A stretch of DNA of 64,000 nucleotides, from positions 62,001 to 126,000 of the forward strand of contig NIVC01001659.1 in the NCBI GenBank assembly GCA_002269645.1, given 5' to 3'. The notes beneath the pieces were generated by a model that saw only the letters and a program-made list of their open reading frames with translations, did no database searches and was not told where the DNA came from. Below are positions 12,104 to 22,527 of this stretch, one piece after another. A program made the position numbers and the translations under genes. This DNA comes from Macrostomum lignano (lineage: Eukaryota). Numbering within the stretch: position 1 is the first letter of the stretch; every line of letters starts with the position of its first letter.

Positions 12104-13015
12104 GCCACGCCTTTGAACTGCAGACTGGCTGTTGAGCCTCCAACAAGAGCGACCGACCTTCGTACCGAAGCTGTTGCCCCCTGCTGACTGCCGCTTAATG
12201 CCGCGCGATGGGGAGCAGCCTTTCGGACTGTTTGGTTCGCGGGCAGGCAGTTATTGATTTTGCCTGCCGCCACAGCCGCCCCTCCCCTCATATCCGCCTC
12301 AGCTCAGCCTGGGCTGCCGGAGCTGCGAGCGCATTGGGCAGAATTCGCAGCAGTGCGGGCAAGCCCTGGCTGGCTGATATGGCTGGGCTGCCGGGAGACA
12401 AAAGGGGGAGACGAGGCTGCCTGGGCGCAGACAAGGCGGGTGACAGAGGATTGTAGCGGAGAGGCTGCCCTGACAGCCCCACCTGACAGAGTCTCTCTCG
12501 TCTCAACTGCACCCGGGAAGCAAAGGGAACTCAACTCATCCTCATTCCCAAATGCTTCCCGCTGCAATTGCAGGATAAATGTACGCTTTGTTTCGCCCCT
12601 TCCCCGCTGCTGTAAGGATATGAACTGGCAGGAGTTTTCCCATGACAAAATTCCAGCTTGCGGGGAACTCGCTCCAGAGCCGCTGGTGAGGTGGAGTTAC
12701 TGGACCCGTGCTATAAGGCTTGTGCAGCCCCTAAGCTAAAGCTTGCATGTCCACAGATCGCTCTTCCATCATCTTAAATTCGATCTTAGATTTGAGAAGC
12801 ATCCTAAAGCGTTGCGTCAGCTTAGTTCTGCGTTCGGTGAAGCTTTTTCGCCAGCTGCAGTGACTTTTTACGGGTTCCTTCATAGATCCAAGACATTCAA
12901 AGCTGATGAAAATTTGGTTGTCAAGCCGCACTATGCGAATGCGAAATCCAAAAAAATATTTTAGCGACTTCGGTAGGCAATAAAACAGTAACTGTGCGGG
13001 ACTTGCAGTTCTAAC

Positions 13016-13274
13016 CAGGCGCGTCGCCACCGGGGGGGACAGGGGGGACATGCCCCCCAGTAAAAGCTATGGGGGGGACATGCCAATGCTTTGTCCCCCC
13101 ACCTCACCTTGTGACCCGTTGTGGTAATCAATAATTTTTCTTCAGGGCGTCAAAATATAGCGCTGACAACACGATTCTCAAAATAATGGAAATGTAGGGA
13201 ATTTAGTCCTGTACATGTACATGTTGAATTCTTGGCTTTGTCCCCCCACCATAAAATCCATGGCGATGCCCCTG
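13016..13274. mobile_element. MITE with imperfect terminal inverted repeats (hAT-like CAG ends)
   Basis: Left caggcgcgtcgcca versus right tggcgatgcccctg; subterminal ggggggaca/tgtcccccc. TSD only partly matching (gttctaac / gttcatta). Confidence 0.6.
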
Positions 13275-13688
13275 GTTCATTAATAAGAGTGCAATCCACC
13301 AACAACAAAATACACTGTGTACACTGCAGATTGTTTAAAAATTCACTGCTGAATTAGCTACTTGGCGACAAGCTACTTATTAGTAGCAAGTCGAGAACGC
13401 GCGTGTGAATCTATTAGAAAATCAAAAAGCCTGAGCTTGAGCTGTAGAGCATCCGGAGTGCATCAAACAGGAGAATAACTCGAACTCTGAGTGAAATAGT
13501 TCTACGTTTTCAAGTCCACTCAGTTCTATGAGCATACTTTAAATCTAGTTTGCTCAAATAAATGTACTTTCAGTGCAATACAGTCACAGGTTTCCCGTCA
13601 AGAAGTTGGGCAAAGATTGTCCAGCTGCTGCATTTCAGCTTCTGTGTGAGGCTCCTGCTGAACACCTGCGACGAGTTCGGCGTGCAGC

Positions 13689-13808
13689 TGAGGAACCAGC
13701 ACCGGTGAGGAACCAGCACCGGTGGGGAACCAGCACCGGTGAGGAACCAGCACCGGTGAGGAACCAGCACCAGTGAGGAATCAGCACCGGTGAGCAACCA
13801 GCACCGGT
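13689..13808. repeat. 17-bp minisatellite (GGTGAGGAACCAGCACC)n
   Basis: Direct reading, about 7 copies. Confidence 0.9.
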
Positions 13809-14691
13809 TTCCGACGGGCTCGGAAAGCCTCGAGCCGCCAGAGCTGGACTTGGCCAGCAGTTGGCAGCTGCCGGAGGAATTGTCTCGGAGGCGTTGCTCA
13901 GCAGCTGGCAGCGGTCAGCGAGCTGGTGCAGGCGAAGCTCAGCCAAGTGATGCAGCTCTTGCAGCTGTTGGAGATGGCGCATTGCACAGCGCAGAAGCGG
14001 CGGTCGTGACGCCCTGCATCTCCCTGAAGCCTGGCCCCGTTCTGACAGCGGCCAGGTCAGCTGGATCTTTGCTCCTGTGAGCTTTTTTCCATTGAAGGCA
14101 CTTTGGCTTGCGCCGAAGGGATCCAAGCGCCGGGTGGCCACCAAGGAGCGGATTTTTTGCCTTTGTAGGTCTTTGATAACAGGCGGGATTTTGAACTGGG
14201 GCGACAGTTGACAGTTGGCTGGGTTCAGCAGCTTTTGAGCTCCAGCGATAAATGCTGCGGCTGCAGTGATTTTCACCACTTCTCTCCTTCTATCTGCCTT
14301 ATTCTTTGTTCTCTCCATTCCCTCGCTTCTGATCGCCTCCTTACTTTAACGTGTGCCCCACGTGTTTAACGTGTGCCCCAGTTGAGCGTACTTGTACACT
14401 TTTTAGCCTATCGGAGCACACGTGGGGTTAATCCACGTCCTGAATAACTTCAGATAAAAACTATTTTGGGCTCGTAGTTCACCTTTTTCCAGAGCTTTAA
14501 GATTCATAGACTTTCAAATTTAACTTGAGCATTTATACAAGCAACTTTTATTTCACCTGCCCACCTGTACCAACTCAAGAAATACGCCTAAATTTATTAC
14601 CAGGAACCAGTCGGAGCTCTAATGAGTGCGCGGCAACTTAAATTAGAAGGACTTCTTTAATTGTGCCTTTTAGTTCCATTCGAAGTAGTCC

Positions 14692-14860
14692 AACTATGGA
14701 CTATGGAAAGCAACTCAGCAACTCAACAGCTCAGCTATGAAAGCAACTCAGCAACTCAACAACTCAGCTATGAAAGCAACTCAGCAACTCAACAACTCAG
14801 CTATGAAAGCAACTCAGCAACTCAACAACTCAGCTATGAAAGCAACTCAGCAACTCAACA
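14692..14860. repeat. 33-bp minisatellite (TATGAAAGCAACTCAGCAACTCAACAACTCAGC)n
   Basis: Direct reading, about 5 copies. Confidence 0.9.
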
Positions 14861-15888
14861 CGGCTCAGAATATGAGAACAATAGTATTGAAAAATCTCTT
14901 CTTCTAAGCTGAAAATATTTAGAGTGCGCCGAAAGCCCTCCTGCTAAATATTCTCCGGCAAATTCTATAATAAATTAACTTTTTGTTTAAACGGGGGAAC
15001 AAAGCCTCATGAGAAGATCCGTGCATGCTGTCTAAGGCCAATGAATTGTCAGCCCCAGCTTAGAAGAACTGGGCTAAATACAACGCATTTCCTATCCGAA
15101 AACCTGAGTAACAAAAAATACAATACTTTTCATACCGGTCGGCCTGCCTGCGAAAGCGCTGAGCGCGTAGCTGTCCGACTAATGAGGTAAATAACTCACC
15201 ATTCAGTTCTAGACTGGGCTGAGAATGAACTCACGGTCAGCCATCAGCTGCACTCAGCTAACCGGCTGTTAGTAAAGCAAACAAAATAATTTCCTGCATT
15301 CTGCCACCGCTAGCCCGGGCCACATGCGATTGCTTCAGCGCATGGCAATTCTGAGGCTTTAAACTCTGGGGTTTCTGTCGTAGCACATGTCAAATTTCCC
15401 CCAGAAAGAAAATTTCCTCCCGACTAATGGCTGTCAATAAGAGCCCATCTGTTTCGTTTGAATTTCTTATATTTGGTTGTAGCAGAGGACTATTTTAGAC
15501 TGTTCCAAATACAAAAGTGAGGAGATTGGTCTTATAGTAGAACAAAAACTTTGCTTACTTTGACTGGAAAACTTTTAGAACAGTAATGATACGAGCCATA
15601 GTACGGTTCATTCATTTACACAAAGAAAGTACGAGTCATACCGCCATGAGGCCGGCCATCAAATCACACAATTGCAAGAGATTCACTCGTACAGTGGCCG
15701 AACATTGTGTTCACGCCGACGCCGTACGCTGACGCGATAATTAATCAATTCGATGGCAGTTTGAACGAGAGTTAACTGTGAGTGAGCAGTGAGCAGTGAT
15801 CAGAACCCTCGCGATGAACCAATATTTAGAGACCTGCCCATCGCAGTCAGTTATGAGCATAATTAGCCGTATCGCTGATTCAGCCGCC

Positions 15889-18769
15889 TCACAGCTTCCC
15901 GTTGAGCCAGCTCTGCGTGTGCAGCTGCACTACGTAAGCTTCGGGAAACGCTGCGACACACTTGGCCTCTTCTTCGTCCGTCATGCGACCGAGGTCCTTG
16001 CAGGCGGCCACCTTGTTGCTGTACCAGCTGAACGGGTTAAAGTACTTGCCCTGGAAGATCTTCGTGTCCGTTGGCTTCTCCTTCATGTATTCCCTCAGCT
16101 CCTCCATTAGAATGTAGGGCCCGGTGGTGAGCTCCGCTCGTCCCCTCTTGCCAAAGTGTCGGTGCATCATCACTCTTGCGATCAGCCGCATCCAGAACGG
16201 ATGGCCGGGTCGCGAGGCCATGAGCGAGTTCTGCACGTAGGTGTGCAGCAGCGGGTCTCCGTCGCTGAGGCCGTCCATACCGCAGAACAGCATCGCAGTG
16301 GAGTTGAACAGGTGCTCAAAGTTCTTCAGACACACGGCGTCAAGGTCGGCATAGATGCCTCCAAAGTGGAACATGTAGAAGTACCTGGCGAGGTCAGCTC
16401 TCTCTACCGGGTTTTTGAAGCTAAGGTACACCGGCAGGAACCAGGGGTAATGGTCTCGCACCAGCGCCAGGTTGTCATCGTCGGTCCACAAGCGCATTTC
16501 CCAGTTCGGGAAGCAGGTCTGCCAGCTGGCGCTCCAGCGCTCCGCTCGTTTGGTGGGCAGCTTGCGGCTCTTCCAGCTTTGGTGCAGCATCGGCGTCACA
16601 AAGTTGCCGACGCGCTGCGGCTCCGCGGCTTCGCCTGGCTGCTGTTTGGGTAGGGAGAAGTGCTTTAGTAGTTGGTCTGTGTGTGCAGTGGCTGCAGTGG
16701 GTTCTGCTGTTAGGGTTACCGAGAGAATATCCCCCGGAGAGAAAGAGCAGAAGTAAAAACAACTTAATCACCTGCCCCAGAAGAGGGTCGCCTTCATAAA
16801 CCCGAAAAATCATAAACCCGAAATATCATAACTCCGAAAGTGTTAGCAACGCACATCATAAACCCAAAAAATCATAAACCCGAAATATCATAACTCCGAA
16901 AGTGTTAGCAACGCACATCATAAACCCGAAAAATCATAAACCCGAAATATAATAACTCCGAAAGTGTTAGCAACGCACATCATAAACCCGAAAAATCATA
17001 AACCCGAAATATAATAACTCCGAAAGTGTTAGCAACGCACATCATAAACCCGAAAAATCATAAACCCGAAATATAATAACTCCGAAAGTGTTAGCAACGC
17101 ACATCATAAAGCCAAAAAATCATAAACCCGAAATATCATAACTCCGAAAGTGTTAGCAACGCACATCATAAACCCAAAAAATCATAAACCCGAAATATCA
17201 TAACTCCGAAAGTGTTAGCAACGCACATCATAAACCCAAAAAATCATAAACCCGAAATATCATAACTCCGAAAGTGTTAGCAACGCACATCATAAACCCG
17301 AAAAATCATAAACCCGAAATATCATAACTCCGAAAGTGTTAGCAACGCACATCATAAACCCGAAAAATCACAAACCCGAAATATAATAACTCCGAAAGTG
17401 TTAGCAACGCACATCATAAACCCGAAAAATCACAAACCCGAAATATCATAACTCCGAAAGTGTTAGCAACGCACATCATAAACCCGAAAAATCACAAACC
17501 CGAAATATCATAACTCCGAAAGTGTTAGCAACGCACATCATAAACCCGAAAAATCACAAACCCGAAATATCATAACTCCGAAAGTGTTAGCAACGCACAT
17601 CATAAACCCGAAAAATCACAAACCCGAAATATCATAACTCCGAAAGTGTTAGCAACGCACATCATAAACCCGAAAAATCACAAACCCGAAATATCATAAC
17701 TCCGAAAGTGTTAGCAACGCACATCATAAACCTGAAAAATCACAAACCCGAAATATCATAACTCCGAAAGTGTTAGCAACGCACATCATAAACCCGAAAA
17801 ATCACAAACCCGAAATATCATAACTCCGAAAGTGTTAGCAACGCACATCATAAACCCGAAAAATCACAAACCCGAAATATCATAACTCCGAAAGTGTTAG
17901 CAACGCACATCATAAACCCGAAAAATCACAAACCCGAAATATCATAACTCCGAAAGTGTTAGCAACGCACATCATAAACCCGAAAAATCATAAACCCGAA
18001 ATATCATAACTCCGAAAGTGTTAGCAACGCACATCATAAACCTAAAAAATCACAAACCCGAAATATAATAACTCCGAAAACCAAAATAGTGTTGGACGCT
18101 ATTATTAACTATTAACTATTTACATAATTTTTCCGGTTTGTGATGTGTGCTGCTATCAATTTCGTAGTTATAATATTTTGGGTTTGTGATATTTCGGGGT
18201 TGTGATATTTCGGGTTTATGATGCCCCCCTCGCCCCAGAGATTAAAATGCACATTAGTTGGGCTTTGCAATCTCCTTGTGTCATTGATCTTCCCCTCAGG
18301 AGCTTTTTGGCTTGACCCCGCGGCCTTGGATACGCACAGCACCTCCATTCAGTCGAGTCTCTTGAATGTATAATCGCGATAGTAAATTGATCATATATCA
18401 TTTTTGCCTCCAAGTAAACCTCTTCTGAAAATGGACTTTTTGCATTCCATATGGTAGTGCTGCAAGTTTACCAAGGTTGCCAGGTTGTTGAGCTGTGCGC
18501 TTTCACCAGGTTGAGATCAGTGTTTGAATGAAAGATATATAAATCCTGTTTTCATGGCTTCCAGGAAGGTTAGTAGGAGATCGGTGGCCGATGTAATACC
18601 GGTACTCGGGATGGGATGGGGGTGGCACCTGTTGCTTCTTTCTGCTCTGTGCCTTTACCTGAAGCAGCCGGCCAGGCCTCACGAAGTCCTGATGCACTCC
18701 CAAGAGCCATCCGACAACTAGCAGAGCGAGTGCAGCGAGTGCCGTCTTGAGTACAGCTATGAGCTGCAT
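15889..18769 (-). CDS. Type II membrane glycosyltransferase family 32 (DXD sugar-binding, SUR1/OCH1/A4GALT-like). Exons 18769-18659 and 16641-15889
   Basis: LHQSWK, W...PNWEMRLWTDDD, ERADLARYFYMFHFGGIYADLD (DXD), NSLMASRPGHPFW, TTGPY and H..SW motifs. The upstream exon MQLIAVLKTALAALALLVVGWLLGV encodes a TM helix and splices in phase 0 (cag|gtaaag ... aaacag|cag). Confidence 0.85.
16783..18231. mobile_element. Non-autonomous MULE/foldback-like element with an internal 62-bp tandem array (about 20 copies)
   Basis: Ends gagggtcgccttcataaacccgaa and ttcgggtttatgatgcccccctc are inverted. Flanked by gccccagaa (16774-82) and gccccagag (18232-40), a 9-bp TSD with one mismatch. Confidence 0.78.
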
Positions 18770-19252
18770 TTGCCAAAGCCGCGTGCGAGCCAAGTTTTCC
18801 GATTCTCAGCTCCCTCACCAGCTCTTGTGCTGTTCATGCATGCCATGTACAGCATCTGCAACGACAACCAATGGGGCCTGAGAGCGCACTAATCAGGGAT
18901 ACGCTGGCTTGCTGCTAACAATGGGAGCTTTCGTGGCTACCCCAACTGGGACTCACTCTCTTCCCCAAGTTTTTCAGGAGTCTGTGGGTGTTTGGAAAAT
19001 CAATTGTATTGATTGTAAATGTTTTAAGCCTCCACTGCTAAAAGGCTCTACTACCCTAGTTGACAATAACTTACTGAATCTTAAGATAGCAACAGATCTT
19101 GTAAGAAGGCTAGCAGATCTTGTACGATAGCTGCCAGATCTTATATGAATTCGTAAGACATGTATTTTTCAATGGTTAGTCTAATCCAGTTCAAAAAATT
19201 CAAACTCTTCGATCGCAAAAGAGCAAAACATCTGATCTGATGTGCCCAATAG

Positions 19253-19531
19253 ACCTGTGCATGAGACCTGTGCATGAGACCTGTGCATGAGACCTGTGCA
19301 TGAGACCTGTGCATGAGACCTGTGCATGAGACCTGTGCATGAGACCTGTGCATGAGACCTGTGCATGAGACCTGTGCACGAGACCTGTGCATGAGACCTG
19401 TGCATGAGACCTGTGCACGAGACCTGTGCACGAGACCTGTGCACGAGACCTGTGCACGAGACCTGTGCATGAGACCTGTGCATGAGACCTGTGCATGAGA
19501 CCTGTGCATGAGACCTGTGCATGAGACCTGT
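19253..19531. repeat. 13-bp minisatellite (AGACCTGTGCATG)n
   Basis: Direct reading. Confidence 0.96.
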
Positions 19532-20046
19532 GGATTGTTTTTGCTTAACTGAGCTGAAGAGTTGTACTTCAAATATTTGGCATCACACAAGTACATGATT
19601 ACTCATTCAGACCGCGAGCGTGCATCAAAGCAAGTGCTATCAAATCGCTTTATATTTGCAATTTTAACAATAAAACGACAAAGTTAGAATGGGTGAATTT
19701 AATCATTCGAATGGCCCACAAGATTCATTTGATTTGAAGCTACGATGCTTAGATCAAGTCAACTTTTGAGCTATTTAGTGGTTGACAATATGGCTATGAC
19801 TGTATCAGAGCTGGAGTTGCGCTTTTAGTTTGCGCGTGTTGACTTCAGGTTGTAAAAAAGCTCACCTGCAAAACATCGCTTGTGAGTTTGTCTTGACCAA
19901 CAGATGGGCAGAATGGGTGCCGCTATCTTCACTGCATCCGACTTTCAGTTTGCTATTTTTACCCCAGCTGTAATGTTAAACAAGAAATAGACAATCAGCA
20001 TTTTGCCCGCAAGACAGGGGTTACCAGGGATCCCCGCCAGAATCGG

Positions 20047-21440
20047 TACTGACCTCGTGTACTGAGCTAGTTACTGGCCTCGTGTACTGAGCTCGTGTAC
20101 TGACCTCGCTTACTGACCTCGTGTACCGGTCTCATGTACTGATCTCGTGTACTGGCCTCGTGTACTGGCCTCGTGTACTGAGCTCGTGTACTGGCCTCGT
20201 GTACTGACCTCGCTTACTGACCTCGCGTACTGACCTCGTGTACCGGTCTCATGTATCTGATTGTTGGGAAAAACTTTTTACATTTGTCAGAAGTTTATTA
20301 AATGTAACACTTTTCTGCACAACGGGTTTATCAATCTTAAATGTAGTCACCATCATGGTCAATAACCCTCTGCCAGCGTGTGTGCAAGGAGCGGATGCCC
20401 TGGCTGTAGAACTCTGAGCGCTGGCCCTCGAAGAAGTTTGTCAGGTGGGTCTTCAGGTCGTCCTCGTCGTTGAACTCCTTGCCTGCCATAGAACGGTCGA
20501 GGGCGGCAAACAGGTGATAATCAGTGGGTGCAAGATCTGGGCTGTACGGTGGATGGGGAAGAATCTCCCAGCCCAGCTCGAGCAGCTTCTGACGGGTCGA
20601 CAGTGCCTTGTGCGCAGGTGCGTTATCGTGCAGCAAGATGACCCGGCGACGTTCAGGGCGCACCTCAGCCAGCTTCTGCTGCAGGCGCTCAAGCTGCTCC
20701 TGGTATAAGGCAGCATTGATGCTCTTGTTCTTCGGCAGCAGCTCCCACATTATTATTCCTTTTGTGTCCCAGAAGACTGAAAGCATGACCTTCTTGGGGT
20801 GCAGCTCAGCCTTGGCCTCTCGCTCTGGCTTTGCATCAGAATCAACCCACTGTCGCTTGCGTCGGATGTTGACATATCTGATACTGATCTCGTGTACTGA
20901 CCTCGTGTACTGACCTCGTGTACTGACCTCGTGTACCGGTCTCATGTACTGATCTCGTGTACTGACCTCGTGTACCGGTCTCATGTACTGACCTCGTGTA
21001 CCGGTCTCATGTACTGACCTCGTGTACCGGTCTCATGTACTGATCTCGTGTACTGACCTCGTGTACCGGTCTCATGTACTGATCTCGTGTACTGACCTCG
21101 TGTACCGGTCTCATGTACTGACCTCGTGTACCGGTCTCATGTACTGATCTCGTGTACTGACCTCGTGTACCGGTCTCATGTACTGACCTCGTGTACCGGT
21201 CTCATGTACTGATCTCGTGTACTGACCTCGTGTACCGGTCTCATGTACTGATCTCGTGTACTGACCTCGTGTACCGGTCTCATGTACTGACCTCGTGTAC
21301 CGGTCTCATGTACTGACCTCGTGTACCGGTCTCATGTACTGACCTCGTGTACCGGTCTCATGTACTGACCTCGTGTACCGGTCTCATGTACTGACCTCGT
21401 GTACCGGTCTCATGTACTGACCTCGTGTACTGGTCTCGTG
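20047..21440. repeat. GTACTGACCTCGT / GTACCGGTCTCAT minisatellite interrupted by a mariner fragment
   Basis: The same units occur on both sides (20047-20255 and 20882-21440). Confidence 0.93.
20256..20881 (-). mobile_element. mariner transposase 3' half (DD34D-type catalytic region) with one putative TIR
   Basis: YVNIRRKRQW...HPKKVMLSVFWD.KGII..ELLP...HDNAPAH...ILPHPPYSPDLAPTDYHLF...RWQRVIDHDGDYI*. The N-terminal HTH and first Asp are missing. Confidence 0.92.
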
Positions 21441-21699
21441 TAGCCGTAACCAAACCTATCCGCGTAATACGCTGTGTCAGGGAGGGTGGGAAAGCAGGGC
21501 AGAACCGCAAATGCTTAAAGGGCGGATTCAGTGCCGTACAGTGGGAATTCGTGCAGCACAGCAGCACAGACCAGAGCGACGAGAGCCCGCAGTAGTCAAT
21601 GCACAGAGCCGAAACACAGGTGTGGGGTAAGGGAAGGGACCGTTCGGTGCAAGGCTGAGTGCTAACTCAAAACCTGTGGCCAATAATGGCGCCATGACG

Positions 21700-22110
21700 G
21701 GGGCAGAAAAAAGCAGAACCTCGAGCCGCACTTCAATCGATTTGATCAGAACTGGAGAGAGCCAAGGGCTGGAGCAAGCGCAAGTTGGCTGTGCACTGTG
21801 CAGACTTCGAATCGACATCTGGAATGACAGGCAGTTCCGTACTGCCGCGCTCCGCCATTCTCCCTTTCTGCACAGAGCAGTCGGGTTCACAGTGAAAATT
21901 TTGAGGACTTTTTCTGCCGATGCCAATTTTCATATGGGTGATGCTTGTTCAAGAGCCAAGCCCGGTTCTCTTCAACGTTTGCAGGCGAGACCAGCAACTC
22001 ACCACCTCGCTGGAAGTCAGTGGTTGCCAGGGCCTAGCTGAAGGTTCTCTTCGCCTCCTCGCTGCATCTGCCGGACGATGCCCCTTGCAGCCGAGTCAAT
22101 GAAGTAAGTC
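21700..22110 (+). mobile_element. Decayed 5'-truncated LOA-type LINE
   Basis: Residual SENFEDFFCRCQF and PSPVLFNVCR resemble ENEDAQHFVCQCPF and PNPSIDDVCR of the full element. The 3' tail is homologous to the element end at 48418-48500. Confidence 0.6.
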
Positions 22111-22527
22111 GGGACAACTCAGAGGATCAGAATGGAAAGCTGCGGTGTCTTGAAGTTTCATAATTCCAATAACTTCGCAATTTAAAGTTTCAAAGCCTGA
22201 AGCTGTCTGCTGATGTATTCAGTGTATTGCAGAGCAAAGCAAAGGCATCCGCATACCAACAGGCTGTTTATTATAGTCCAACCGACAATAAGCACTAATA
22301 CGAGAAAACTAACTTTCTAACGCAAATGTACGAGTAGATAGTGTGGGAGTGAACGCAGTTTTAGCGGCTGTAAACCGAAGCGATGCCAATATTACGAGTA
22401 TAAATAATGCTGACTGGGGCGCAGGCCACGCGCGCCGAGGCCAGTTTTCCTGGACTTGGCAGAGGCGCTGCGTCAGTAGGGAGTAAAATTGCGCGCTGGT
22501 GACGGCAGGAAATCCGACTTGCACCGA

